Shown here one piece after another: positions 17,830-27,491 of a stretch of 64,000 bases of DNA (positions within the stretch are counted from its first letter, which is position 1; each line of letters starts with the position of its first letter). A model generated the notes under the pieces. The model made no database searches, was not told where the DNA came from, and saw nothing but the letters and a program-made list of their open reading frames with translations. Source of the DNA: Spirochaetales bacterium (lineage in GTDB: Bacteria > Spirochaetota > Spirochaetia > SZUA-6 > DRHE01); the NCBI GenBank assembly GCA_030604195.1, contig JAUVWI010000004.1, positions 20,829-84,828 on the forward strand. Direction: 5' to 3'. The translations under genes were made by a program, and so were the position numbers.

Positions 17830-19006
17830 GAAAAAAATCTCTATAAACTTAAAGCTTATCATTCTTGCAGTAGTATTCCTCTTTGCCTATTTTGTCCCCT
17901 TTGGGGATGTTCGCGTTTCACGGGCTGTGGTCGAGGCCTTTCTTATGCTCTCCGAGTATGCCCGGGAGCACGTGCTTCTATGCCTGGTGCCGGCCTTTTT
18001 TATTGCCGGCGCCATAATGGTTTTTTTGAACCAGCAGTCGGTTATCAGGTACCTGGGGCCAAAGGCCGGGAAGATCACGGCCTACTCGGTAGCTTCGGTG
18101 TCCGGGGCAATCCTGGCAGTGTGCTCATGCACTGTGCTACCCCTGTTCAAGGGTATCTACCGCAAAGGAGCGGGGCTGGGGCCGGCTGTCTCCTTTCTCT
18201 ACTCCGGGCCGGCAATCAACATTCTGGCTATCGTTCTGACGGCAAAAGTCCTGGGCTTCAAAATCGGTATAGCTCGAGCCGTTGGGGCTATTCTCTTCGC
18301 TTTCATCATCGGCTTTCTTACGCACCTCATCTTCCGCAAAGAAGATGAAAAACGCCTTACTGATGAAAGCATGTTCCAGAGCGGAAGTGAGGAGCTGGAG
18401 CGCTCACTGGCACAAAACATCCTCTACATGCTCTCCATGATCGGTATCCTGGTTTTTATTAACTGGGCGCCCTCACAGGGCTCCCTCGCAATCTGGGATT
18501 TTATCTATAAGTACAAATATATGATCACTGCCATCTTTGCCCTGCTTCTGTTATTTGCCCTTGTACGCTGGTTCCGGAGGGAGGAACTGAAAAACTGGGT
18601 TGCAGCCACACGCGACTTTGCCGTCCAGATCCTGCCCCTGCTTTTCGGCGGGGTTTTAGTGGCGGGTTTATTCCTGGGACGACCGGGCCATCAGGCGCTC
18701 ATCCCGGAAGCGTGGGTTGCCTCCCTGGTCGGGGGCAACTCTCTATTCGCCAATTTCATCGCTTCCATGTCCGGCGCCCTGATGTACTTCGCCACTCTGA
18801 CAGAGGTCCCGATTATGCAGGGGCTGTTAGGAGCCGGTATGGGCCGGGGACCCGCGCTGGCGCTCCTGCTGGCGGGACCCACGCTTTCCCTTCCCTCGAT
18901 CCTGGTCATCAACAGCGAGCTCGGGCCAAAGAAAACCATGACCTATGTTGGGCTGGTAATCGTTATGTCCACCCTGGCAGGAAAGGTTTTCGGCTTGATA
19001 TCCTGA
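17822..19006 (+). CDS. arsP: ArsP-like permease (PF03773-type predicted permease)
   Basis: It has about 8-10 TM segments. The vicinal-Cys motif is AVCSCTVLPLF, with YSGPAINILA and a duplicated half architecture. The GTG start overlaps the upstream stop. Confidence 0.7.
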   Translation: MAEKKISINLKLIILAVVFLFAYFVPFGDVRVSRAVVEAFLMLSEYAREHVLLCLVPAFFIAGAIMVFLNQQSVIRYLGPKAGKITAYSVASVSGAILAVCSCTVLPLFKGIYRKGAGLGPAVSFLYSGPAINILAIVLTAKVLGFKIGIARAVGAILFAFIIGFLTHLIFRKEDEKRLTDESMFQSGSEELERSLAQNILYMLSMIGILVFINWAPSQGSLAIWDFIYKYKYMITAIFALLLLFALVRWFRREELKNWVAATRDFAVQILPLLFGGVLVAGLFLGRPGHQALIPEAWVASLVGGNSLFANFIASMSGALMYFATLTEVPIMQGLLGAGMGRGPALALLLAGPTLSLPSILVINSELGPKKTMTYVGLVIVMSTLAGKVFGLIS

Positions 19007-19034
19007 TATTAACTGAAGAAAAGGAGGCACAACA

Positions 19035-20234
19035 ATGAAGAAAAATAAAGCAGCGAGCAAACCGAAGGGAATAAGTTTCTTCGAAAGGTATCTTACCCTC
19101 TGGGTAGTTCTCTGCATCGGTGTGGGTATAATCCTGGGCAAGCTACTACCGAACCTGGCGCGTGCGCTGGACGGTATAGCAATCTATGTTGGTGAGGCGC
19201 CGGTAGTATCCATTCCCATCGCCATCTGCCTGTTCTTCATGATGTACCCCATCATGGTGAAAATAGATTTCGGAGAAGTGGTCCAGGCCGGCAAGAGCGG
19301 CAAGCCGGTGGGGCTGACCTTGTTTTTAAACTGGGCAATCAAACCCTTCACTATGTACGCCATCGCTCTCTTTTTTCTAGGCACAGTATTCCACGCGTTG
19401 ATTGGCCCGGATGCCGTGGACCTGGTCAAGATGCCCTTTGGCCTGGACCTGCCTGTAGGCGCCACACACGGTGCAGGTACAGTAGTCATGGTGGAGGGAG
19501 TGAAGATGCTACAGGTCCCCCTGTGGCGCAGTTATCTGGCAGGTTGCATATTGCTGGGCATCGCTCCCTGCACGGCCATGGTCCTGGTATGGGGCTATCT
19601 GGCCCGCGGCAACGACGGTCTTACACTTGTCATGGTAGCCATCAATTCCCTGACCATGCTGTTGCTTTATGGTGTCCTGGGCGGTTTCCTGCTGGGTGTG
19701 GGACGTTTACCCGTGCCCTGGCAGGCGTTGCTGCTATCGATCACCATCTACGTGGCCATACCCCTGGTTGCCGGTTATCTCACTCGCCGCTGGGTTATCA
19801 GGGCTAAAGGCATGGTATGGTTTCAAGAGAAGTTTCTGCATGTACTCACGCCGATCACGATCATAGCGCTCCTGTTGACCCTGGTGCTGCTATTCTCATT
19901 CAAGGGGGAGGTAATCCTGGCCAACCCGCTGACCATCCTGTGGATTGCCATCCCGCTGTTCCTGCAGACAAACCTGATCTTCTGGTTAGGCTACGGAATG
20001 GCCAGGCTGTTGCGGCTCAGCTACCGGGATGCCGCGCCTGCGGCCATGATCGGGGCCTCTAACCATTTCGAGGTCGCCATTGCCACGTCAACTATGCTGT
20101 TCGGCCTTTCCTCCGGAGCGGCCCTGGCAACAGTTGTGGGGGTCCTTATTGAGGTACCGGTAATGCTGATGCTGGTACGCATCTGTCTGAAAACGCAGGG
20201 ATGGTTCCCAACAGTAACAAAGAAAATAAGCTGA
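19035..20234 (+). CDS. acr3: ACR3-family arsenite efflux transporter
   Basis: [36 protein letters not shown] and [11 protein letters not shown] are hallmark Acr3 motifs. The protein has 10 TM segments and is 399 aa. Confidence 0.9.
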   Translation: MKKNKAASKPKGISFFERYLTLWVVLCIGVGIILGKLLPNLARALDGIAIYVGEAPVVSIPIAICLFFMMYPIMVKIDFGEVVQAGKSGKPVGLTLFLNWAIKPFTMYAIALFFLGTVFHALIGPDAVDLVKMPFGLDLPVGATHGAGTVVMVEGVKMLQVPLWRSYLAGCILLGIAPCTAMVLVWGYLARGNDGLTLVMVAINSLTMLLLYGVLGGFLLGVGRLPVPWQALLLSITIYVAIPLVAGYLTRRWVIRAKGMVWFQEKFLHVLTPITIIALLLTLVLLFSFKGEVILANPLTILWIAIPLFLQTNLIFWLGYGMARLLRLSYRDAAPAAMIGASNHFEVAIATSTMLFGLSSGAALATVVGVLIEVPVMLMLVRICLKTQGWFPTVTKKIS

Positions 20235-20297
20235 TAATGCGAGGTAATTTAAACGAATCCGCCTGTGTGGGTAAAAAATTACAGCCGGCAGGCGCCG

Positions 20298-20603
20298 TCA
20301 CATCTTTATAAATAGAAACAACAGGAAGAGCAGCACAGAGGCTAAAGCAAATAAAGCAAGGTGGTAGATCAAGGGTTTGAAGAGCGGCGCTTTGTTAACG
20401 GGCTTGAATTCCTCCTTATCCAATTCCCCCTTATCCATGAGGTAGCCGCAGGAGGGGCAGCCGGAATTGAAATTATCAGCCTTGCCGGTATATCCGCATT
20501 CAGGGCATTTAACCGCGGTAAATATTTTCCCGCATCCGGGACAGCGGGATGTATTGGCGGGCACTTCTTCTCCGCAGGAATCACAAAAGTAACGGGCTTT
20601 CAT
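20298..20603 (-). CDS. double zinc-ribbon protein with C-terminal TM anchor
   Basis: Four CxxC pairs are present (CDSC, CPGC, CPEC, CPSC), followed by a hydrophobic C-terminus. The start is set to the ATG at 20603, which is preceded by AGGTGA. The track start at 20630 is a TTG. Confidence 0.6.
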   Translation of the reverse strand: MKARYFCDSCGEEVPANTSRCPGCGKIFTAVKCPECGYTGKADNFNSGCPSCGYLMDKGELDKEEFKPVNKAPLFKPLIYHLALFALASVLLFLLFLFIKM

Positions 20604-20656
20604 AATATCACCTGAAATATTATAATACAAAAAAGGTTTTAGAATAAGGAGCTGAA

Positions 20657-21709
20657 ATGGAAACAGGGATTATCGGCCTGCCCCTATCAGGAAAGACAAC
20701 TATATTCAATGCTCTGACCGGGCAGGATGCTCAGGTTTCCGGTTACACCGGCGGGAAAAAGCGAGTCAATCTGGCAGAGGTGGAGGTTCCCGATCCAAGA
20801 TTGGAAGAATTGAATAAAATATTTAAGCCCAAAAAAAGCCGTCAGGCAGTGGTATTGATCAAGGACCTGCAGGTGGATTTCACTCCCCAGGGCGGACTGG
20901 CAGGATCAGTGCTGGGAGAGCTCCGGAATTGCGAGGCTATCATCATTATCCTGCGCGCATTTTTAGATGAAAGTGTGCCCCATACCCTGGATGAGATCAA
21001 TCCGCTTCAGGATCTTCATACAATCCTTGATTCTCTTGTTTTCAGCGATTATGAGGTTGCTGAAAAGCGCCTGGAAAGGTTGGTCAAGGAAGGCAAAAAG
21101 AAAAGCCGAGAATACCTGATTCTGCATAAACTTTTGGATAAATTTTCCTCCGGGGGTTACACCGGCCCAGGCTTTTTGAATCCTGATGAAGAGAAGCTGG
21201 TTTCAGGTTTCGCCTTTCTAACCCTTAAACCGATCATTGTGATTGCCAACAGCGGTGAAAACCCGGTAGGAATTGAGCCTCTGGAAAAAGAGGTTGAATC
21301 TCTTAAACTGGCATTATTTACTATAAGCGGTCAGCTCGAAATGGAAATTGCCCAGCTCACAGATGAAGATCAGAGGGACTTTTTAGCAGAGCTGGATCTC
21401 GAAGAGCCGGCAAAGAACCGTTTCTTACGACAATTATATTCCACCCTGAACTTGATAAGTTTCTTAACTGCAGGCGAAAAAGAGGTGCGTGCCTGGAGCC
21501 TGAACCGTGGCGAAAGTGCGCTTAAAGCTGCCGGCAGGATCCATTCGGATCTGGAAAAGGGTTTTATCCGCGCCGAGGTAATTTACTGGGAAGAGCTTAT
21601 TGTGGTAGGCGGCTATGCTCAGGCCAAAAAAGCCGGCAAGCTCCGGCTCGAAGGGAAAGACTATATAGTTAAGGATGGAGATGTCCTGATAATTCTTTTT
21701 AACGTCTAA
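20657..21709 (+). CDS. ychF: ribosome-binding ATPase YchF (Obg-like)
   Basis: The G1 motif is GIIGLPLSGKTTIFNALTG. The C-terminal block is IHSDLEKGFIRAEVI...GKDYIVKDGDVL. An AAGGAG RBS is present. Confidence 0.85.
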   Translation: METGIIGLPLSGKTTIFNALTGQDAQVSGYTGGKKRVNLAEVEVPDPRLEELNKIFKPKKSRQAVVLIKDLQVDFTPQGGLAGSVLGELRNCEAIIIILRAFLDESVPHTLDEINPLQDLHTILDSLVFSDYEVAEKRLERLVKEGKKKSREYLILHKLLDKFSSGGYTGPGFLNPDEEKLVSGFAFLTLKPIIVIANSGENPVGIEPLEKEVESLKLALFTISGQLEMEIAQLTDEDQRDFLAELDLEEPAKNRFLRQLYSTLNLISFLTAGEKEVRAWSLNRGESALKAAGRIHSDLEKGFIRAEVIYWEELIVVGGYAQAKKAGKLRLEGKDYIVKDGDVLIILFNV

Positions 21710-22352
21710 TTTCAGTGAATAGAGGGATATCCTTAAGATAGATGGTTGTAAAAAAGAACTCTTCGTAGAGACTGTTTTGTTTATCAAAATAACAGGTAGT
21801 AAGATCAATGGAGGGATTGCTTCCAAGCTCCCTGATCATCTCGGGGGAAAAAACCTGCTTGTTTATTCTTGCTTCCAGAAAAAAACTGCTGGAAGAGAGT
21901 TTGCCCGCTGATTCAGGCAGCCTCCTATCTCTCTGCCAGAGGATTACTTGACCTTGATTCAGGGAATGTTCCGGAATAAGCTCAAGAGTAAATGAATTTT
22001 CCTCTCCCTGGCGTCTTTCACCGCGCAGGTAGAAAAAGCAGGAAAGGTTGGCGGAAATCGCCGACTGTGTTGAGATGAAGAGATAGACATTTTCTTCATC
22101 CGCCACGGCTTTTACCTCGTTAAGCTGGGTGCCGCCCTGCTGCCAGAAGCGGGAGTCCTTAAGCGAAAGGGTTTCAAAATCATTTCCCAGACTTTCCCGG
22201 GTAAACGAGGGGGGCACAAAAAGAGAGGTAAAGGATGCAACGGCCGGAACCGCCTCCCAATCGTCGTATAAATTATCGATAGTGATGGTGTTTTCTGCGC
22301 TGATCCCTATAGAAAGAATAATTAAACCGAAAATTAAAGCTCGTCTCTTCAT
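21699..22352 (-). CDS. hypothetical secreted protein
   Basis: It has a signal peptide and is the last gene of a four-gene minus-strand operon, with a 6-nt gap to the upstream gene. Confidence 0.45.
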   Translation of the reverse strand: MKRRALIFGLIILSIGISAENTITIDNLYDDWEAVPAVASFTSLFVPPSFTRESLGNDFETLSLKDSRFWQQGGTQLNEVKAVADEENVYLFISTQSAISANLSCFFYLRGERRQGEENSFTLELIPEHSLNQGQVILWQRDRRLPESAGKLSSSSFFLEARINKQVFSPEMIRELGSNPSIDLTTCYFDKQNSLYEEFFFTTIYLKDIPLFTEIRR

Positions 22353-22358
22353 AACATT

Positions 22359-22949
22359 TCAACTATCGGCTTCAGCTCGATTATTGTGCAGCAAAGTTTC
22401 GTAATCTTCAGGATTATCGATATCTATTAGAATATTCTCAGCAGCGACCGGAATGAGTAAATTGGGAAAATCCGCCAGCACATCTCTGAGGGTGCTTTCA
22501 TTTTTATAATTAAGAATCGCCGCTTTTACCCTGGGAGACAGCAGCAGGGGATGTCCCTTTTTACCGTGGTATTTGGGAATTACCGCGTCTGTTCCTTTAT
22601 ATTTTAAGAGCAAGCGGTAAATATCCGGCTTTACCAGCGGCATATCGCCGAGCCCGAGAAAAAACCATTCGCTGCCGACCGCTCCGGTTCCCAGCTTAAC
22701 CGAGGAAAACATTCCCCGCTTATAATCATCATTTACAAGAACCCTCACCCGTCTATCCGCGGCAAATAATTTCTGTAGCTCCCGGCAACGGTATCCGGCC
22801 ACCAAAATCACTCTGCTGCACACGGCCAGCGCCTGGTAGACACTGTTTTCGATAATGGTCCTGCCGGCAAAGGGCAGGGTCATTTTCCATTTTCCCATGC
22901 GCCGCGAAGCACCCGCTGCCAGCATAACTACGTCAATATTATTTTCCAC
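22359..22949 (-). CDS. MobA/MocA-like nucleotidyltransferase
   Basis: VVMLAAGASRRMGKWKMTLPF and LGDMPLV are typical of molybdenum cofactor cytidylyl/guanylyltransferase-like NTP transferases. Confidence 0.75.
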   Translation of the reverse strand: MENNIDVVMLAAGASRRMGKWKMTLPFAGRTIIENSVYQALAVCSRVILVAGYRCRELQKLFAADRRVRVLVNDDYKRGMFSSVKLGTGAVGSEWFFLGLGDMPLVKPDIYRLLLKYKGTDAVIPKYHGKKGHPLLLSPRVKAAILNYKNESTLRDVLADFPNLLIPVAAENILIDIDNPEDYETLLHNNRAEADS

Positions 22950-22952
22950 TCT

Positions 22953-25900
22953 TTACCTCTTGCGTAAAGCCAGTATGGTCAGGTCGTCATACTGTTCATC
23001 CTCCATAATTTTGGCGTAGCTGTTTACCTGAGACCCTTCAGCAGTTTCCAGGGGATGGCCAAAATAGGATGAGTATTGATCAAAGTGATCTTTTAGGAAT
23101 TCATCTATCTTTTTATCTATATCGACCCGGTGGCTGCTCCCTGCGGAGCTATTCGGGTAGAGCCGGAAAATCTTTTCTACGGCAATCAGCCCTATAACTG
23201 CATCTTCCACACTACCGCTGCAGGAGGTAAAGTCAAAGGTGAGCTTTTCTCCCGGAATCGGGTTATGATATTTTATCAACTGGTACTTCTGCCGGTTGAA
23301 TATAGCATCGAGAAGATCGTGAATCCTGGGAATGCCAAGCTCCTCATTGTCGCTTCCCTTCAAGTGCGTGCCTTCATGCTCTGCATTCTCCTCCAACCCC
23401 GGCTCATCACACTTAACAATCCGGAACTGTTCGTTACGAAAATAACGTTTCGCCTCTTCAATACCATCGGTAAAGAGTAGCAGGGTATCACCCTTGTTCA
23501 GCTTCATGGATACCTGTTTGAATCCTGCCTGCATCTCCACCATCATGGAGGGAAAAACACCGGCGGCAGGGGCTTCAGGCAGTGTGGTCTGGATCATTTT
23601 ACCCTGCATATTATTATAGCTGTGAACAACATTGTCGCCGGCGTTGCAGTAGTAGCCGGCGCCGCTCTTAACATTGATGAGCGCTACGATTAAGGCAGCG
23701 AAACGCCCTTTAAAACCCCTCTCTTCGAGCATATCGTTTATCTGGTATACCAGCTTATCGATTTTCAAACCGGGATCCTTGATGGTCCAGTTCCTGAAAT
23801 AGGCGGAAAAAATGGTGGCGACCTCCACCATTATCAGGGCCGCCGGAATACCCTTGCCCGCGACATCGCACTTTATAACCGCATAGTGTTCATCATCCAG
23901 CTTTTTGAAGTCAAAGTAATCACCCGATACGCCCTTGGCCCCTTCATAGTAGCCGAAAATCTCTACATTATCGTCTTCCTGACCTCCTGTGGAGCCCTTT
24001 TTGCCGGCGTCATCCTTTTCCAGGGGGATAAACATCTTCTGCACTTCTTTGCCGAAAATCAAGTCCTTGTTCGCAGCAGCCGCCCTAACTAAAGCCTGGG
24101 TCATATCATTTACCGTTGTAGCCAGGGCGCCGATCTCGTCCCGGGAACTGACATCGATATGATGATCTTTCAGCTCCTCGTAATCCTCGGTATCCCGGAT
24201 TTTGGCGACACCGGCAGCCAGTTTCTTGATAGGCGTAATAGTAATAGAAGCCATGATTACTGCGCCGATAATTCCCAGAATTACAGCCACTAAAGCGACC
24301 ATACCCGTTCTTACTATCAACTCCCGTCTGGATTGATCGATCTGCTGAATGATATTCTCGGTGGAAACATTCAAACGTATCATTCCCCGGTAATAGATAT
24401 TGTCGCCCCTGGAACGATAGACAATAGGTTTGTAGAAGGTATAGAGGGGCAGCAGCTGCTCGGAATCGAACTCAGGAAAGCTGCTGATTTTTGAACCGAT
24501 TGCCTTGAGTTCAGTTGAGATACGGCTATTCAATTTGATTATCGCAGCCTGTAATTCTTTAAGTTTAGCGGCTGCTTCCGCATCTGTTCTAAGAGAGTAG
24601 CGCCTTGCTTCAGATGTGTACTCTTCTAATTGGGGGAGTAGATCCTTTACTTTTTCTGTTGCACGCGGGTTGATTTCTTCAGCCAGTTTTTCAGCTATTG
24701 GGCTTATCTGATCTTTTATCTGTGATGTCCTTAACCGGAACGCCCCCTCAAGTACTTTCAAGGAAATATCAGGATCATTGGAACCCCATATATAATTATA
24801 TTTCTCTTTATCCACCTCTCCCTGTGCAGTTATGGTAGCGTATCGCGCTTCATCCATAGCTGAGATCTGCTCAGGAAGCAGACCCATTTCAATAGTGTTC
24901 TGCAGGGGTAGATAGGTTTCCGCGCCTGAGGAGATACTCCCCAACATAACCTTAACCCGCTGGTTGAGACCCTCGGCCAGGTTTTTGGTCTGGGTCTCTA
25001 TCATAAAATAACTTAAAGGCAATGAGACCATTGCAACTACCAGGATAACCAGGATTGTTATTAGCATGACGAATTTAAGCCTTAATCCGAATCCTCTTTG
25101 TTTTAATTCTTTCATTCGTTTTTCCTTTCTCAGAAGACCCGGCTGTCCCCGGGCAATAGAGATAACCTCCGCCTTGAGCATCTGTCCCTCGCTAACTAAA
25201 ACGGCCAGCTTGCGCAATCCGACCAGGAATAGCAGGGCCAGGAATATTACGATAATCCATATGCCCAACTCACTCACAGTGAAGAAGTAGAATGGACTGC
25301 GTGCCCGCTGCCAGGAAGAAGTATACTTAAGGGAAAAATCACCAAACTTTACCGCTCCCAGGCTCTGAAAACTCAACCGGGAATCGCTGAAATAGAGCCC
25401 TCTTAAGGGATGTACTATTCCCAGACGGTAACTGCCTTCTTCTATTTCCGGCAGTTTAATCCGGTCTATCAGGCGGTCGGTGCGTACCCGGTAAACATTA
25501 TCTTCTGTAAAAAAGCGGTAGTCATATGGTTCTTTACTGTCACGGTCAAGGATCATCTCACGGATCAAGCCGCCTTCAGCAAAACCGCGGCCGTAAATCA
25601 GTAGATTCATATTACCCAGAATATCCTTTTTAGAGTCAACATAGGTTATATAGGTAACCGGGATATACTTATTCAATTTGAAGATGAGGGTTGAGGGCTT
25701 GCCCACATTCCCGGCCAGATCAATTGGCGAAACTGTGAAGGACCATAAGCCATTGTCTCGATTATGATAACTTACAGCCGTATCGATACTCTGAACAACA
25801 GGCGGCAAAGGTTCCAGCCCGGCTGTTTGAGCAGGAATTTTACCGGTATCGCTGTCAAGAAACTTAAGCTTGTAGGTATAGCCGGAAAGCTCTTCATTCT

Positions 25901-27491
25901 CAGGCGGCTTCCAGGAGAAAGCAAAGGAGTTGGCTACCAGAAAACCCTCTCCATCCACTTCCGGAGGAACTATCTCTACCGCTGCGGGTGGAACCGTATC
26001 ACGGGTAAAAGTAATACTGGCCGTTTCAGACCAGTTTCCGGCATAGTCATTGGCTGAAAGCAGAAAATACCAGGTGCCGTCCCGGTCTGCATTCAGGGTG
26101 ACACTCTGGGTTTCGGAGAGAAATTTAAGCTCTCTGCTCACTGCAGCATAGGGATTCAGGCTCCAGGCATAATTGAAACCGGCCAGACCTGAGGAGTCAT
26201 GGGGAATATTCCACCTGACTGTCACTGCATCCTGCCGGGAAGGCCTATCCGGGTCGAAGTTAATAGCCCTGGGTGTGGGTGATTCAACATACTGGTCAGG
26301 CTCCAGATATATCAGGCTTGAACTTTCCTGTAACCGATTCTCCCAGAACAGGTATAAAGAGCCGCCCAGCTGAACAGGATGAGCAAAACTGGAAGAGCCC
26401 TTTAGATTGCTCAAGTCCTTATGTACCCAGCGAAATCCCTTTTTTCCCGCAATAAAAATATGATCCTCACCGCGCCGGTTATCAAACCAGGTCAGATAGA
26501 GCTGATTCCTGAAATTGATGATCCGGGGGAAATGGCAGGTAGAAAAACCATCCGTGATCCTTTCAGGCGGTTCAATAAATTCTCCATCTCTGTCAATTTC
26601 ACCATAATAGATCTGTGGCGGCTGACTTGAGTATTGGCGTTCCCAGGCAATAGCCAGTTTGCCTTCAAGAGATAATAGAGATGGCCGCTGGTTGGAGAAT
26701 AGCGAGGCTCTCTCTAATCTACCATCCAGTTTTTCGTCAAAGGCAAGGGGAATGTTGTTCCGCCAGGTCCTGCCGCCATCTCTGCTCTCTTTCAGATAGA
26801 GCTGATAGTTTAGCTCCTGATCACTGGAAAGGGCCTGGAATATAATATAATCCCTGCCCAGGTGAACAGCATGTTGAGGAAGAAAATTCATAAAGAGATC
26901 CTGGTTGTCAACCAAAGCTCTGAATTCGCTCCAGTCAGAGCCGTCAGCAGATACCGAATAGTAAAGTGCGAGGAAATCCTCTGTTTCCTGGGTTATAAAT
27001 AGGAGCAGATTGCCGGATGCTGAAACATATATGTTCGGCCCTACCGCAGTGGTATTGCTCCTGACAGTGGCCAGGGTGGCAAAACTTCTGCCTCCGTCTG
27101 TTGAAGCAAATATTTCGGTGGTGTTCTCAGATGAAGTTACGGCTACCAGGATCCTGCCTTTTTGATCAACAGCCAGAGAAAATATCGGTGTTTCCTGCTT
27201 GAAGTAAGTATAGGGGCCGGCAAATCGGCTGTTCTTTTCCCATTCCTTGCTGTCTTTTGAAGTCAGCAGGGAGAGATATACCTCTCCCCCCCCTTCCTCC
27301 GCCGGCACAAAATCCTGCCACACCGCAGCTAACAGATTACCGCCGGAAGCTGCTGCCGGGAACCTGGCTCCCGATTGAACTAAAGCACGCGGATCACCCC
27401 AGTACAGGCTTTGTGGAAAGAGGTTGGCGGCAGCAAAAAATAAAAAGAGTAAGATTACTACCGTCGCCTTCTTTTTTGACATACTGCCCAT
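22953..27491 (-). CDS. multidomain sensor phosphatase: BNR/sialidase-like propeller, Ig-like repeats, TM segments, HAMP, PP2C (SpoIIE) phosphatase
   Basis: The C-terminal SpoIIE/PP2C motifs are GVSGDYFDF, DVAGKGIPAAL, LLLFTDGIEEA and DDLTILALRK. A HAMP-like segment follows the TM (ITPIKKLAAGVAKI...). The N-terminal roughly 400 aa carry repeated S-x-D-x-G-x-x-W/F-like BNR elements (STDGGRSF, SADGSDW, SRDGGRTW). Confidence 0.85.
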   Translation of the reverse strand: MGSMSKKKATVVILLFLFFAAANLFPQSLYWGDPRALVQSGARFPAAASGGNLLAAVWQDFVPAEEGGGEVYLSLLTSKDSKEWEKNSRFAGPYTYFKQETPIFSLAVDQKGRILVAVTSSENTTEIFASTDGGRSFATLATVRSNTTAVGPNIYVSASGNLLLFITQETEDFLALYYSVSADGSDWSEFRALVDNQDLFMNFLPQHAVHLGRDYIIFQALSSDQELNYQLYLKESRDGGRTWRNNIPLAFDEKLDGRLERASLFSNQRPSLLSLEGKLAIAWERQYSSQPPQIYYGEIDRDGEFIEPPERITDGFSTCHFPRIINFRNQLYLTWFDNRRGEDHIFIAGKKGFRWVHKDLSNLKGSSSFAHPVQLGGSLYLFWENRLQESSSLIYLEPDQYVESPTPRAINFDPDRPSRQDAVTVRWNIPHDSSGLAGFNYAWSLNPYAAVSRELKFLSETQSVTLNADRDGTWYFLLSANDYAGNWSETASITFTRDTVPPAAVEIVPPEVDGEGFLVANSFAFSWKPPENEELSGYTYKLKFLDSDTGKIPAQTAGLEPLPPVVQSIDTAVSYHNRDNGLWSFTVSPIDLAGNVGKPSTLIFKLNKYIPVTYITYVDSKKDILGNMNLLIYGRGFAEGGLIREMILDRDSKEPYDYRFFTEDNVYRVRTDRLIDRIKLPEIEEGSYRLGIVHPLRGLYFSDSRLSFQSLGAVKFGDFSLKYTSSWQRARSPFYFFTVSELGIWIIVIFLALLFLVGLRKLAVLVSEGQMLKAEVISIARGQPGLLRKEKRMKELKQRGFGLRLKFVMLITILVILVVAMVSLPLSYFMIETQTKNLAEGLNQRVKVMLGSISSGAETYLPLQNTIEMGLLPEQISAMDEARYATITAQGEVDKEKYNYIWGSNDPDISLKVLEGAFRLRTSQIKDQISPIAEKLAEEINPRATEKVKDLLPQLEEYTSEARRYSLRTDAEAAAKLKELQAAIIKLNSRISTELKAIGSKISSFPEFDSEQLLPLYTFYKPIVYRSRGDNIYYRGMIRLNVSTENIIQQIDQSRRELIVRTGMVALVAVILGIIGAVIMASITITPIKKLAAGVAKIRDTEDYEELKDHHIDVSSRDEIGALATTVNDMTQALVRAAAANKDLIFGKEVQKMFIPLEKDDAGKKGSTGGQEDDNVEIFGYYEGAKGVSGDYFDFKKLDDEHYAVIKCDVAGKGIPAALIMVEVATIFSAYFRNWTIKDPGLKIDKLVYQINDMLEERGFKGRFAALIVALINVKSGAGYYCNAGDNVVHSYNNMQGKMIQTTLPEAPAAGVFPSMMVEMQAGFKQVSMKLNKGDTLLLFTDGIEEAKRYFRNEQFRIVKCDEPGLEENAEHEGTHLKGSDNEELGIPRIHDLLDAIFNRQKYQLIKYHNPIPGEKLTFDFTSCSGSVEDAVIGLIAVEKIFRLYPNSSAGSSHRVDIDKKIDEFLKDHFDQYSSYFGHPLETAEGSQVNSYAKIMEDEQYDDLTILALRKR

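Noticed and set aside
20235-20297. An expected terminator between the convergent acr3 and zinc-ribbon genes
   Set aside because: I found no convincing GC-rich stem-loop with a T-tract in this 63-nt spacer. Termination may be Rho-dependent or use weak structures I cannot score by eye.
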